A stretch of 64,000 bases of DNA from NCBI GenBank assembly GCA_963785305.1, contig CAWAUV010000004.1, positions 512,001 to 576,000 on the forward strand. The letters are read 5' to 3'. This document shows, one piece after another, positions 44,634 through 58,136 of the stretch; the first letter of the stretch is position 1, and each line of letters opens with the position of its first letter. This DNA is from an uncultured Planctomycetaceae bacterium. Lineage in GTDB: Bacteria > Planctomycetota > Planctomycetia > Pirellulales > PALSA-1355. The notes beneath the pieces are model-generated. The model was not told where the DNA came from and did no database searches. It was given only the letters and a program-made list of their open reading frames with translations. The position numbers were made by a program, and so were the translations under genes.

Positions 44634-45313
44634 ATGGTGGTTCCACGAAGCAGAATCGTGGTCTTCGCTCTCGTGGCCCTGGGCGGAGCGGCAATCGACT
44701 TGCTCACGAAAAGCTGGGCGTTTGCCTGGCTCGGCATGCCCGGCGGCGAGAGCTGGTGGCTCGTCGACCGTGATCTGGGGTTTGGGAATCTGGGGTTCGG
44801 TTTCACCACCAGTCTGAACGAGGGCGCCTTATTCGGCCTGGGACAAGGCCAAGTCGCGCTCTTCACATTGCTATCGCTCTTCGCCGCGGTGGCGATCGTG
44901 TATTGGCTGTTTGCCAGGCGAGCCGCCCGAGACTGGATGCTCACGCTGGCCATGGCGGGAGTCATGGCCGGAATCCTGGGCAACATGTACGACCGGGTGG
45001 GCCTGCCGGGCCTTCGCTGGAACTATCCCCACGGCCTCAATCATTTTGGCGATCCGGTGTTCGCGGTGCGCGATTGGATTCATGTTCGCTACCAGTCGCA
45101 TAGTTGGCCGATCTTTAATATCGCCGATAGCTTGCTCGTATGCGGAGTGGCGCTCTTAATGTGGCATTCGCTGCGCGGCAAGGGCGCGAAAGAGGTCGAG
45201 TCGGTCGTGGCCGACGACCGCGACGCTCGTCCCGCGCCGCTCGGCGCAAGACCAACGAAAAGTCGGTCGCGAGTCGTTTTTGAGCAGGCGCTTCGGAAAC
45301 GGGCGCTGATTGA
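44634..45313 (+). CDS. lspA: Lipoprotein signal peptidase II; 3' end approximate (read-through suggests a frameshift near the end)
   Basis: DLLTKSWA; NEGALFG; GILGNMYDR; VRDWI; WPIFNIADS. Confidence 0.85.
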
Positions 45314-45344
45314 AACAGGCGCTATCGAAACAGCGCGGCGGCGT

Positions 45345-46496
45345 CTAACGCGGACCTTCGCCGGTAAGGGCCATATTGTCGCGGTGAATCACTTCATCGT
45401 AGGGGCAATAGCCAAGGGTCTGGGCAATTTTCTCGGAGCGCATGCCTTTGATCTTCAGCAGGTCGTCGGCGCCGAAGTTGGTGAGTCCGCGAGCGAATTC
45501 AGCGCCCGAGGCGTCGACCAGCGACACGACATCGCCCTTGCGAAACGCGCCCGCGACATCGACGAGACCGATCGCGAGCAAGCTCCGCCCATCGTGCTCC
45601 ACGGCGCGGCGGGCGCCGGCGTCGAGCACCAGCCGCCCGCGCGGCTGCGCGGTGTAGCCGATCCAGCACTTCCACGCCGGCACCGTTTGACCTTGGGCCA
45701 GAAACAAGGTGCCCACGACCTCGCCGGCCAATATCTTGGCGAGCGATCCAGGCTCGCGGCCATTGGCGATAATCACGTTTTCTCCGGCCGTGGTCGCGAT
45801 TCTGGCGGCGGCGAGCTTGCTACTCATGCCGCCCTTGCTCAGGCCCGTGGCTTCGTCGCGCACCAGGGCCAAGACCGTGCTATCGAGGGCCGTGACCGTG
45901 TGAATGAGCTTGGCGCCGGCCGAGCGGGGATCGCCATCGAACAGGCCATCGACATCGGAAAGCAGCACCAGGAGCGGCACTTGAACCAGATTGGTGAGCA
46001 TCGCGGCGAGTCGGTCGTTGTCGCCAAACGTGGTGCGAAGCTCATCGGTGCTGACCGTGTCGTTTTCGTTGATGATCGGCACGGCGCCATATTCGAACAG
46101 AGTGCGGATCGTGTTTCGCACATTGAGATAGCGCGTGCGATCATCGAGATCGTCGGCCGTGAGTAGGAGCTGGGCGGCGTGGCGTCCGTCGGCGCGGAGC
46201 CCACGATCGTAGGCTTCCATCAAATGCGACTGACCGATGGCCGCCACGGCCTGCAGTTGGGCGAGATTGGTGGGCCGCTTGGCGAGCCCGAGTCGCCCCA
46301 TTCCGGCGCCGACGGCCCCGGAAGTGACAAGCGCAACTTTGCGGCCCGACTCGGCCACGGCCGACAACTCCTCGGCGAGGGCCGCGATTCGCGATTGACA
46401 AAGCCCGCCCCCGTTGGCCGTGAGGCTGCGAGTGCCGACTTTGACGATCATTGTGTGCGCCGCGGTGGCGATTTCCTGACGCAAGAGATCGGGCAT
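45345..46496 (-). CDS. proB: Glutamate 5-kinase with PUA domain
   Basis: IVKVGT, VTSGAVGAG, PIINENDTVS, FGDNDRLAA, GGMSSKL, EVIHRDNM. Confidence 0.95.
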   Translation of the reverse strand: MPDLLRQEIATAAHTMIVKVGTRSLTANGGGLCQSRIAALAEELSAVAESGRKVALVTSGAVGAGMGRLGLAKRPTNLAQLQAVAAIGQSHLMEAYDRGLRADGRHAAQLLLTADDLDDRTRYLNVRNTIRTLFEYGAVPIINENDTVSTDELRTTFGDNDRLAAMLTNLVQVPLLVLLSDVDGLFDGDPRSAGAKLIHTVTALDSTVLALVRDEATGLSKGGMSSKLAAARIATTAGENVIIANGREPGSLAKILAGEVVGTLFLAQGQTVPAWKCWIGYTAQPRGRLVLDAGARRAVEHDGRSLLAIGLVDVAGAFRKGDVVSLVDASGAEFARGLTNFGADDLLKIKGMRSEKIAQTLGYCPYDEVIHRDNMALTGEGPR

Positions 46497-46800
46497 GCGG
46501 AACCTAGCCGAGGGGCGAGTGAAAAATAGCCGGTAAACTTTGCCTCGCGCGGCGTATCGCGGAATCTCGCGGGTTGCCGCGAAGCAACGCATGATATCCG
46601 AGCGCCGTCGACCAAGAACCCGGATTCGCAAATTCATGCGCTTGGCGCCCGCGCGGGTGGATTGTGAATTGGGTCGCCGATATCTACAATGAGGAAATCA
46701 TGAGCGACGCCCCGCCGTCGCTCCGCGAGGCAGGTGGCCTGACTCGGCTCCGGTTGCTCACTCCCCCCCGACGAACACAGAGAGGGCGTGCCAGCAAACG

Positions 46801-47172
46801 ATGAGTGAAGTCCATCACGAGTGCGGCGTTGCCGCGGTGTATCATCTGCCCGGCGACGAGGTCAGCCCTTTGTGCCCGGCGCAAGGGCCCGGCGATGTTT
46901 CTCGGCTCATGCCGCGGATGTTGCTCGATATTCAAAATCGCGGCCAGCTCTCGGCCGGGCTCACCCGTTACAATCCCGACCGCAATCAACTGCTCGACAC
47001 CTTCAAGGACTTGGGCAGCGTGACCGAGGTTTTTCGCCTCAGTCATCGGGGCAAGTGCGAAAGCCTCATGCGGCGGTTCGCCGGGTCGGCGGCCATCGGC
47101 CATGTTCGCTATGCCACTTGCGGCGCCGAGGACCGCAACTATGCCCAGCCGTTCGAGCGGCGGCATGTACAA
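46801..47172 (+). CDS. purF: Amidophosphoribosyltransferase, 5' part, cut at the junction
   Basis: [14 protein letters not shown] (Ntn Cys), [22 protein letters not shown]; the sequence switches to AT-rich DNA after ...RRHVQ. Confidence 0.9.
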
Positions 47173-50100
47173 TCTTAGCCTATCTAGCTTATTAAGAAAA
47201 GAGCTTCTTAGTAATTATAAAATACTTTAAAATATAGTAATTAGAATAGACTTTAAAGAAAGTATTCTAAAGGCCCTCTAGTTTAGTTCTCTATTTCTCT
47301 AGTACTCAAACTATAATAAGTATCTCCTTATTATATATATTATAATTAAGCTTTACCAGAAATATAGTTTTAGAAAAATAAGCTATAGAATACTAAAGGC
47401 CTATTTCTGGATCTTATTAAGAGAATAAGCTAGTAATTACTTCTTTAGATATATCTATTTCTATTATTATAGGCAGATCTGAATTATAGTAAGATTATAG
47501 CTTTCTTTAGGCAAGTAAAAGCCTCTTAGTATTACTCGAACTACTTAAAAAAAATATTCTTTTTTATAAATAAGGTAAGAGATCTAGTAATTTATTTATA
47601 CTCTCTAATAAAATATTTATAAAAGTTATAGAAGCCGAAAAAGAACTATATACTCTTAACTATTTTAGGAATTACTAGTTATATATTACTTTAATTTTAT
47701 TAGGATTTACTTTAATACTAGATATAGAAATAATAAAGCCTAAATATTTTATATATATAACTTTAAATTCCGATTTCTTAATATTTACTTAGAGGCTAGT
47801 AAGATATAAATAATCTAGTACTTTTTATATATACTATTTATACTTTACTATATGCTCTAAATAAATAAGAATATTATTAAGGTATATTATATAAAAGTTA
47901 TCTAGATATTTAAAAAAAATATTATTTATATAATATTAATATATAGCCGGGCTATTTATAAGGCCTTTCTAGAGAATATTATATTTATATATTTTATAGC
48001 AGATATGAAATATTATTAGCTCCTAAAAGTTTGGGTTTATAGCTATATAATAGAAAGTTTAGTAGATATCTAATTTAATATAAATCTTAGCCTTAGATAA
48101 TTAACTTAAAGTCTTATTAATAAGGAAAAAAAGATATTAATTCTTCTAGGTAATATTATATAGATAATAAAAATTAATATAGAAATATAAACCTCTATTT
48201 ACTTTCTTTATAAAAAGAACTAGTAAAGTAAAAGAAGCCTAACTAGCTTTAATAAAGCCTTTAGCTAGATTATTTTTCAAGAAATACTTGATTTCTAAAA
48301 GCTCTTAAGTAAATTATTACTAGAAGAATTAATATCTAATATTCTTAGTTCTCTTTAGGCCTTTAATTTGAATCTTATAATTATATAATCTATAGAAAAG
48401 AAGAATATCAGATTTCTTTTTAGAGAAAATAGAAGTATATTCCTTAAGTTCCGGAAATAATATTCTTTATAACTACTAAAGCTCTATTTCTTCTAGTTAT
48501 TTATTCTCTAGACCAGAAATAGCTTCTTTTTTCTGAGCTTTAAGCTTCTTATTAATCTCGTAAATAAAGATTTAACTAATAATATTATTTTTTCTCTAGC
48601 TATATAATTAAATATTATAAAAATAAAAATAGCTAGGTCTAATATTTATTCTTTATTAAGAACTTCTTTTTACTTTTTTAGCTTTTACTTAGATATTATA
48701 TCTTAATTAGGCTATAGAAGCTCCTTTTCTATAGTCTTATATAATTCCCTCTAATTAGTCTAAAAAAAGAAAAACTACTTTAGAATAAAAGGTTTCCAGA
48801 AATAGCTTATAATAGAATCTTATTAATTAATATCTTTTTAATACTTTTTATTAGGTTACTTCTCTAGCTATTATTATAAAATACTAATAATATAACCGAA
48901 TTATATAGATTTAGGCTTATTCTTTAGCTATATAAGCCTATATCTTCTATAATTAACTAAAATATTAATATATATTACTTATTTTCTATTAAGGATAATA
49001 TTATAATCTTTAAGATTTAGGATAATTATAAATATATTAATACTTTATTTATTAATTAGAAGTAAAACTTCTATATATTTCTTAATAAACTTAGCTAGCT
49101 TTTTATTAAAACTATATATAATATAGGATAAGAGAAAGAATTATAGTTCTATTTCTAAGAATTATTCTATAAGTTAAATAAGTTTTATATTAATAAAAGT
49201 ATAAATATTAGTTCTAATATTAATAAGGAAAAAAGACTTAATTCCTAATTTATTTATATTAATAGTATAAGATATTATAAGAGTATTTTCTCTTATTAGA
49301 CAAGTTAAGTTAATCTCTATTAAATTCATATTATAAGTCTCTAAAGTAGAGACTTTCTTTAGAAATACTTGTTTCCCGGTTCTATATTAGAATTAGAGCT
49401 CGAATTCTTTAAATACTTTACTAGAATAATATATTCTAGTAAAATAAGAACTAAGCCTAGCTTAATTCTAGAAAGAGCTACCTTAATTTCCTTATTATAT
49501 AGAACCGGATAATATCTAGTATAGTAGCCAAACTTATTATAGTTATAGTATTTAATAATTAAGAGATCTTTAGTCTTTATAAGATATTACTTATATTTAT
49601 AAGAGGATATATATTTAATAAAAATAATTAATATAAGCTTCTTGAGCTTCTTTTTAGAAATATATTTCTTAAAAATATATAAGAATATAATACTAGAAGT
49701 AAACTTAATTAGGATAGCTCCTACTTTTTTATATTTCTTAGTCTTCTTATATATAGCTTTAATTTACTAATTATTAGTAATATAGTACTAAATAAAGCAA
49801 GTAGTATTAATAGAAGAATTATTATAGTATATATATACTAATTTCTAGAGCTTTAGTAAAAGCTTCTTATTTAGTTTATACTTAATATCTTAAAGACTAA
49901 TATTGCCTTCTATAAATAATTATAAAAAGAAAATATAAAACTCCTGAAATATTTAATTAAAGTATATTTAAAGCTTACTAAAGTTATAGTAAGTATTTTA
50001 TATCTTATTAGGGTTAGAATATAGCTTCTTTAGATAGAAATAGAACTTTAAGAGCTAATAGTACTAATTTGAACTATTTTTATTTATATAAGAGTTAGTT

Positions 50101-51446
50101 AGAATAAAAGTATTACTAGTAAGTTTACTAGAAATATAAATAATCTTAAGATTCTCTAAAAATAATAAATTAATATTTCCTTATAGCTTATTCTTAATCT
50201 GAACTAGCTAGTTATTAAAGATAATATAATCTCTAGTAAAGAAAGTTAGATCTAGAAGCTTAGTAATTCTAGTATTTCTAAAGAAAGTATAAGATATAAG
50301 AAATCTTAAATAGAAATAAATAAGAAATAGTTCGGAATTCTTTTAAAAGAGATTTAGAATAGCCGGAATAGCTAGAGTAAAAGTAATTAGAGCTATTATA
50401 AGCTAATTTACTATAGCTATATAGTATTTAATATTATTCTTGAGCTTAATATTATAAAGTTTAGTATTTTCGAGAATAGCTTTATTATAACTATAAGTAT
50501 TCTTATATAAAATAGCTCTTTAGATATTCTTCCGGTAGCTTTTTATAATAATATTAATATCTGAGAATAAGAGATTAGGTTTTTTGGCCTATTTATATAA
50601 CTCTCTAATAATAATATAATCTTTAATCTCTAAAAGCTTTATAATAAAAGTAAAGAGTTCTATTTCTATAAACTTATTTATAAATTCTTTAGGAATACTA
50701 ACGGGATATTTAGTTCGGAAAGAGCTACTAATAGAATAACCTGAACTAATAGAAGCTTTACTAAAAGCCTTAGTAGAAGTTAATATAATTTCTGGTTATA
50801 TAGTATTCTAGGAAATTAACCTATTATACTTTTCCTCTATTATATCTTTCCTAATAGTCTCGTTACTAGTATATATATAGGGCCTATAATATTATAGAAT
50901 AGGGCTTAAAAGTAATAGTTAGATTACTAGCCTATAAGTACTTATTATTCTAGAACTTAATTAAAGAATAGTTTTTATTTGAGATTCTTTAATTTTCGGG
51001 TTTTCAGAAAGATTTTCTAATATATTACTAGTATATATTTATAAAAATATAAATTCCTAATTCCTCTAAGAATTCTAAAGCTTTTTGCTTTTATTATTCT
51101 AGAATTTATTACTTATATTTCTGAGGTTTTATTATTTTAGTAATATTTATATTATTAATAGTTCTAAATTAGTTTATTTGAAATTCTTTATAAGATTAAA
51201 AAAAGTAAGCTTTAAATACTATTATAGGTATAATATTTAGGGCTTAGAAAGTAAGATAAAAGGTCTCTTATAAAAATAATTTAAAGCTAAAGAAAGAAAA
51301 ACTAAAATATAAGAGGCTATAAGGAAATATATATATCTTATAATATACTAGTCCTAAAAAGGCTTAGCCTTCTAAATATCTCTAGTATATTTCAAGTATA
51401 TTTCCCTAGTAAGGTAGCTATATTATATATATCTAAAAAATATCTA
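47173..51446 (-). mobile_element. RIP-degenerated Ty3/Gypsy LTR retrotransposon (element C), 3' part cut at the junction; upper boundary approximate
   Basis: Minus-strand manual translation: zinc-knuckle relic YYNYNKFGYYTRYY (~49508-49550, from CxxCxxxGHxxxxC); protease LINIRTN (~49207-49227, from LIDTGAN); RT GLINSPAI...YLNNILIY (~47860-47965, from GLTNGPAT...YLDDILIY); RNase H EIDISK...AYFSKT (~47365-47460). Confidence 0.85.
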
Positions 51447-51749
51447 TATAATAGGCACACGTAATAGTATATAAATAAGTATTAGATATTATAAATCTAG
51501 TTTCCTATTTTAGGTATAGCTTATAATTAGAATTATATAAATTATATAAGATTTCCTAATTAAGTAAAGGGCTTTATATATCTGGCTAAGTACTAGGGAA
51601 TATATAGGGAGATACTTCTAGCTTTAGAAGAGGCATTAATTAGTCTCTTATTAGAATTAATTCTTGGAATTAGTTATATTTATAAGTATTATTCCATAGC
51701 TTACTTACCTTAACTACTTATATATTACCCTGCTATTACGTGCCTTATA
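51447..51749 (+). repeat. 5' LTR of element A
   Basis: TATAATAGGCAC...GTGCCTTATA (RIP form of TG...CA); direct repeat of 58137-58439. Confidence 0.93.
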
Positions 51750-54700
51750 TTCTAATTAATCTAACCTTTAGGGAGCAGTTTATTACGAGGTAGTCAAGCT
51801 ATTAATAGACAAAACCACTAATAGCTAGAGCATTAACTAGAAGAAGCGCCTCTGCTATTACTAGGGCAACCTAGTCAGGCATCCAGGGAAGCACCCAGTC
51901 AGCCACTCTAGCTACCGCCTAATTAGGAGAAGGGAGTAGAACTCAGATATCTCTAGAACTAGCTGGCAGGATAATAATAACAGAGAAGCTAGCGGCGGCT
52001 TATTATTACATTACTGAGTTAGAAGCAGAGATATAATAGAGGGAGAATCTGGAGAATTTAGAAGCTCAGATTTACTATCTTAAGGATATTCGGGCACCTA
52101 TCATGAAACCTATCGCGCCACCGGCGACACGTTTAGTTTGCAGGGCTCTAAAAACCCGAGAATTACTAACCTATAAGGGGAAGAGTATTAAGGAAGCCCA
52201 GGACTTCTTCTACTAGGTAAAGCTAAAATGGCGTGAAGATAGCGGGATTACCTGGGCCATAGATATAGTAAAGGTCACGTATTATGCTTCTTACTTTAAG
52301 AATATAGCCAGGAATATCTGGAAGTATAGGGAGTAATTAGTAGGCATTAATACTATGGATTAGGAGACCTTTATTAAGTTTATAAAGAATTTTATCTTAG
52401 ATCCGGAAAACTATAGTAATAATACTCTTACTAAGTTCAAGAATATAAAATAGTAGCCAGGTTAGAGTATTTAAAGCTTCGTGTCTTACTTAGATAGCCT
52501 ATTAGATAACTTGGGATATATAAGTTCGCCGCGAGAGCGGGATAACTTATTTAGTAGCTTAAGGCAAGAGATTTGGGACAAGATTAATTACTAAGGAAAT
52601 ACTTTACGAGAAAGAAAGAAGCTTATTTCTGTGGCTATAAGAGTCAAGAATAACTTAAACTAGTTTACTTAATAGGAATATAATAATAAGCTAACGGGTT
52701 AATAAAAAAAAGGAAATTAGAGAAAGAAAAAAAGAAATAATAAAAGAAAACGGAAAAGAAATATATCCTTATTACGAGGTTTATATAACCGGGATAGTAA
52801 AAGCATAATAACGGGATCTAATATAGTACTTGTATTAGGATCTATAAGACCGGGTATAACTTATTTTACTTACTAGAAAGAGAATTACTATATTACTACT
52901 TACCTAAATTGGAGAAAACCGACTTGCTATAACTATAATAAGTCTGGCTATAAAATATATAAGTATCTAGAACTAAAGAAGTCAGGAAATAGGCACGCCC
53001 CGTAATAGTTATACTCGTTTATATTATAGAGAGTAAGGCTCCTAAAACGAGAATAGTAATTAAGATTACTATTAAAATAAGAAAAAGTAAGTAAAGAATT
53101 AGAATATTAGTTAACTCGAGTATAAAGGCTAATTATATAAAGAAGAAATTAGCCTTAAATATAAGTATTTTATTAATATTAAGAATAACTTCCTTATTTT
53201 TACTAGAAAAAAGAAGAATTTATTTATATAGAAATTATATTCTTGGGATTACTATTAAGAATATACTAAGAAACTAAAAGAAAGCTAATATATATTTTAT
53301 ATTATATAATTTTAATCTAAACTATATTAATATAATACTTGAATTCCTATAGCTTTACTAGGTTAATTCTCTAATTTTCTTTAGAAAAGTAATATAAAGA
53401 TATTAGATTTAATTATAGAAAATTAAAGTTCTAAATATTAGGAAGTTTATTAAAGTAATAAAATATAAGGCATATGTTTTTCTATTAATTACTTATTTTA
53501 TAATAAATAGCTAAAGAATTATTATTATTATTATAAATAAGATAGCTATATTTTTCAGAAAATATTAGAACCTTTTCTAAGTATTTTTTATAGAGGCTAT
53601 AGGTATATTACCTAACTATTATATAATAAAGTATTATATAAATCTAGAACTAGGATTCTAATTATTATATAATCTTATATATACTTTATTAGAAAAGAAG
53701 CTTAAAGTTCTTTGGGAATATCTTAATACTAGCTTAGAGAAAAGATAAATTTATTATTTTACTAGCCTAGCTAGTACCCTAATTATATTTATTCTAAAGA
53801 AAAAAAATAGCTTATATTTATATATTAATTACTAGGATCTAAATAGAATTATTATTAAGAATTAAATACTATTATTACTTATTAGTGAGATAATAAATAG
53901 GCTTTATAAAGTAAAGATATATATAAAGCTAGACTTAAAAAATACTTATTATTAATTATAAATATAAGAAAATAATAAGTAAAAAATAATATTTTAAATA
54001 TATTATAAATATTTTAAGTATTATATTATGTTTTTTAAATTATCTAATATTCTAGTAATATTTCAGGTATATATTAACTATATACTAGTAAGCTTTATAA
54101 ATATTATTTATGTAATTTATCTAGATAATATTTTAATTTATTTAGAGAACCTAGAATAATATATAATAGTAGTCTAATATATACTCAAGTAATTATAATA
54201 ATACTAGCTCTTTATAAACTTAGTAAAATATAAGTTTAATATAAAAAAAATAGAATTCCTAAAATTTATAATTAGCCTAGATAATATAGAAATAAAGGCT
54301 AGCCGGGTTATAGCTATTAGAAAATAGCTGGCCCTAAAAAATAATATTTAAGAAATTCAAGTATTTCTAGGTTTTACTAACTTTTACTAAAAGTTTATTT
54401 ATAAATACTTTAAAGTAATAAAAGAATTAACTAATTTACTAAAAACTAGTAGAAAACTACTATATTAGTTTAGCTAAATAAATAAGGTAAATAAGGCTTT
54501 TAGGGAGCTATAAATTATATTTATAATAATACTAATTCTTTATTATTTTGACCTAGTCTTAAAAATTTATATAAAAATAAATACTTTAGGATTTGTAATT
54601 ATAAATATAATTTCCTAGCTCTTTAGTAAGAAAACAGAAGCCAGGTAATATCCTATTACTTTTTATTTAAAAAAAATAACTATAATTAAAAGTAAGTATA

Positions 54701-57700
54701 AGATGCATAATTCTAAATTCTTGGTTATTATTCTAGTATTTTATACTTAATAATATTACTTAATATATGCCCGGTATATTATTATTATTAAGATAAATTA
54801 TAATAACTTGAAATATTTTATAACTAAGAAAAAACTAAATAATTAATAAATAAGATAGGCAGAGAAGCTAGCTACCTTTAACTTTGTCTTAAAATACTGG
54901 CTAAAGTATAGTAATTCTGCTAATAGGCTATTAAAAAGGCTAAACTTTATAGTAAGTATAAATAAAAATACTTTATTACTTATATTTTATAATAAGCTAT
55001 AGAATATAGAATAGAGAACCCTATAAGTAATAGTAATAAGACGCTATATTATTCCTATAATACTATAATATAAGGCCTAGAAAAAAGGAAATAGATATTC
55101 CTTAATTAATAAGATATTAAGAAATTCTAAAAAAGAAGTTTATTTTAGTAATAAAGTAATACCGGAAATACTATTACTTAAGCCTATTACTAGTATAGCT
55201 AGTTATAAATAATATATATTACGGATTCTAGCTATATAAGTAGCTAGATCTAAAATAGTATATAAGGAAAATAAAGAAATATTACTTAAACTACTATTAT
55301 AGTACTAAAGGCTCGACCTATTAATATAATACTAGTAATATAAATAGTTCTTAAAAGAAATCTTTACTAGAATTATTAAGACTTAAGAACTTAATATATC
55401 TGGGTTATTAAGATATTAGGGTACTATTTATATATTAAATAAGCTAGCTCTCAAAGAAAAATTACTATAAGCTAACTATAATAATCCTATAAATAGGTAT
55501 TTTAGTACTAGTAAGATACTAGAGATCCTTTAGAAAAAGTATTTCTAGTAAAATATAAGAAAGGATATAAAAAACTATATTAGAACTTGTTTTATATATT
55601 AATAAACTAAGATAAAAAGATATCTATTATATAATATACTTAGTTTATTCTTTCTTTTTTTTAAGCTATAGCAAGAAATTACTATAGACTTTATTACGGG
55701 GCTGCTTTTTTCTAGGTTTCATAGCAAAATATATAATTCTATACTTATTATTATTAATAAATATATAAAAATAGTATAATATATTTCAATTACTAAAAAG
55801 ATCTTGGCTCCTAAGCTAGTAAAGCTATTTATATATTATATTATTAAAAACTTTAGTATGCCTATAGGCATAATCTCTAATAAAGAATTTATTTTTATAA
55901 GTAAGTTCTAGTTAAGTTTATATTTCTACTTAAAGGTTTAATAATAGCTAAGTATAATATTTTACTCGCAAACTAATAAATAAATAAAGAATCTAAACTA
56001 AACTCTAAAATAATATTTGAGGTACTATACTAGTTATTAGTAAGATAATTAGGTAATAAAGCTTATTCTTATAAAATTCACATATAATAACTTTATATAT
56101 TTAATAATAGAAATATTCCTATTTTATGTCTTATATAGATTCTATCCTAGTATTAAACTATATATTAAGAATAATATTTCAGAAAAAAAGGCACTAGTAA
56201 TATAAGAAAGAATATAAAGAATTTAAGTAAAATAGGAAGTATTAGAAAAATAATAATAAGAAGTAATAAATATATAGAAAAAGTACTATAATAAGAAATA
56301 TATTAATAAGAAGTTTAAGATATATAATAAAGTTATGCTTTATATAAAGAATATTTAATAGCTATAACCTAGTATAAAGCTAGTAAATAAATATCTCGGT
56401 TTCTTTAAAATTCTAGAAATTATAGGAATATATAAATAGGTATATTACTTAAAATTACTACTATTATATTAGATTCATAATATTTTTTATATTTCTTTCT
56501 TAAAACTATAATACTTGCGAGCTAGTATTATAATAGAACTAGAGCTAGTTAAGATTAAGAGTAAAGAGGAATTCGAGGTAAAATTTATTATAGCCTATAA
56601 AAAAGGCAAAAAAGAAAGGAAGTATCTTATTTATTAGAAGAGCTACTTACTAGTAAATAATATATAAGAATTACTAAGTAATCTAGAGAATATAGCTTAA
56701 GAATTATAAAAATACTTAGAAAAAAATAATATTATAATATTATTAACTAAATAGAGGCATAAAAAATAAATGTTTTTATTAGGAAACTATTAAAAAATTA
56801 TATATTTATTCTTAGAAAAATCATATAAAAATTATTAAAAACTCTAATTTCTATATCTTATAAATACTTTATTCTCGTAATTACTTTTTATTATTCTTAT
56901 TATTATTTTTATTAGAATTCTCTCGAGAAATAGGTAATAAATTAGCTTATAAAGCTATTAGCTATTAGTAAGAAATAAGAAAAAAGTAAGCTTACTTAAT
57001 ACTAAAAAATATTAACTATATTATTAAGAGTACTTTATACTTGCGCTAAGCTAGTAAGAATTACTTAACTTATTTCTTAGATTATTAGGGGAATTTATTA
57101 GCCTCGAATAATAGCTTTAATATGAGAAATATATATAGTTTAATATAGAAAAAGAGTAATAATAGCCTTTTTTCTTTTGGGTAAAGAATAGGGAAAATAC
57201 TTGTATGTATTAATAGCTTAAAGAAAGTAGTTTAATTATACTATATATACTTAAGAAATCTTAAATAATATTAGAATAAGAAATAAAAGAAGGAATTTAT
57301 AACTTATAGGATTATATTTCTTATTCTTAAAATAGTAGTAATTATATATTAAGTAATTATTACTCTTAATATAAGTAAGGTTAGGAAACTTAGTAATATT
57401 CTTAGAATATTAAAGATAATAAAGGCAAATTAAGGATATGAGAGTATTAGCTAAATAAGTAGTAATAGGCTAATAAGTACTAAGAGAAGTATTTATCTTA
57501 ATAAATAAAGAAGTAGAAGAGGGAATTAGAAAGAGACTTAAATAAAACTTAAATAAGGCTTAAAGAAGCTTAAAGAAGCTTAAAGAAAGCTTAAAGAAAG
57601 AAGGCAAGAAATAAAAAGAAGCTAGGTATAATATTATAATTAAGGAAAAAAAAGATTAATTAGTAGGAAAAGAAAGGTCTTTTTATAATACTTTTTTCCC

Positions 57701-58136
57701 GAATAGTAATTACGAATTTGGAACCGGCTCTATATTAGGAATACCCAGAAAATTCTAAAGAAGAAATTTATAAATAAATTAGAAGATTAAATTAACTTTT
57801 CTAAGCTCTTAGGCCTATAAAGTAATAATTTATTCACGAATAAAGGCTAAGTTAGAATTCACGAACTAATTAGGAAATTAGATAAGCTTTATATCTAATA
57901 ATATATATTATATTTGTATTATCTTTATAAGAGGGAATTACTAGAGATAATTTACGAACTAGCTAGGAAGAGTTAGTAAACTATATTCTTAATTTTATTA
58001 CCTGGCGTAATAATAGAGTAATTATAGGAAGTCTTTAGGAAAAGCTAGTAGCTAGGAAAGTTTTAGGGAGATATTTATAAAGCTATTTGTAATTTTCCCA
58101 GGCCTCTTGGAAATAAGGGCCTAGAAAGGGAATTAA

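Noticed and set aside
44487..46166. 559-aa LspA with a long C-terminal extension
   Set aside because: The extension is the antisense strand of proB, most likely from a missed stop caused by an indel.
52980..53006. Possible -1 ribosomal frameshift site (TCAGGAAAT) at the gag-pol boundary of element A
   Set aside because: Plausible by position, but RIP has altered the sequence too much to support the call.
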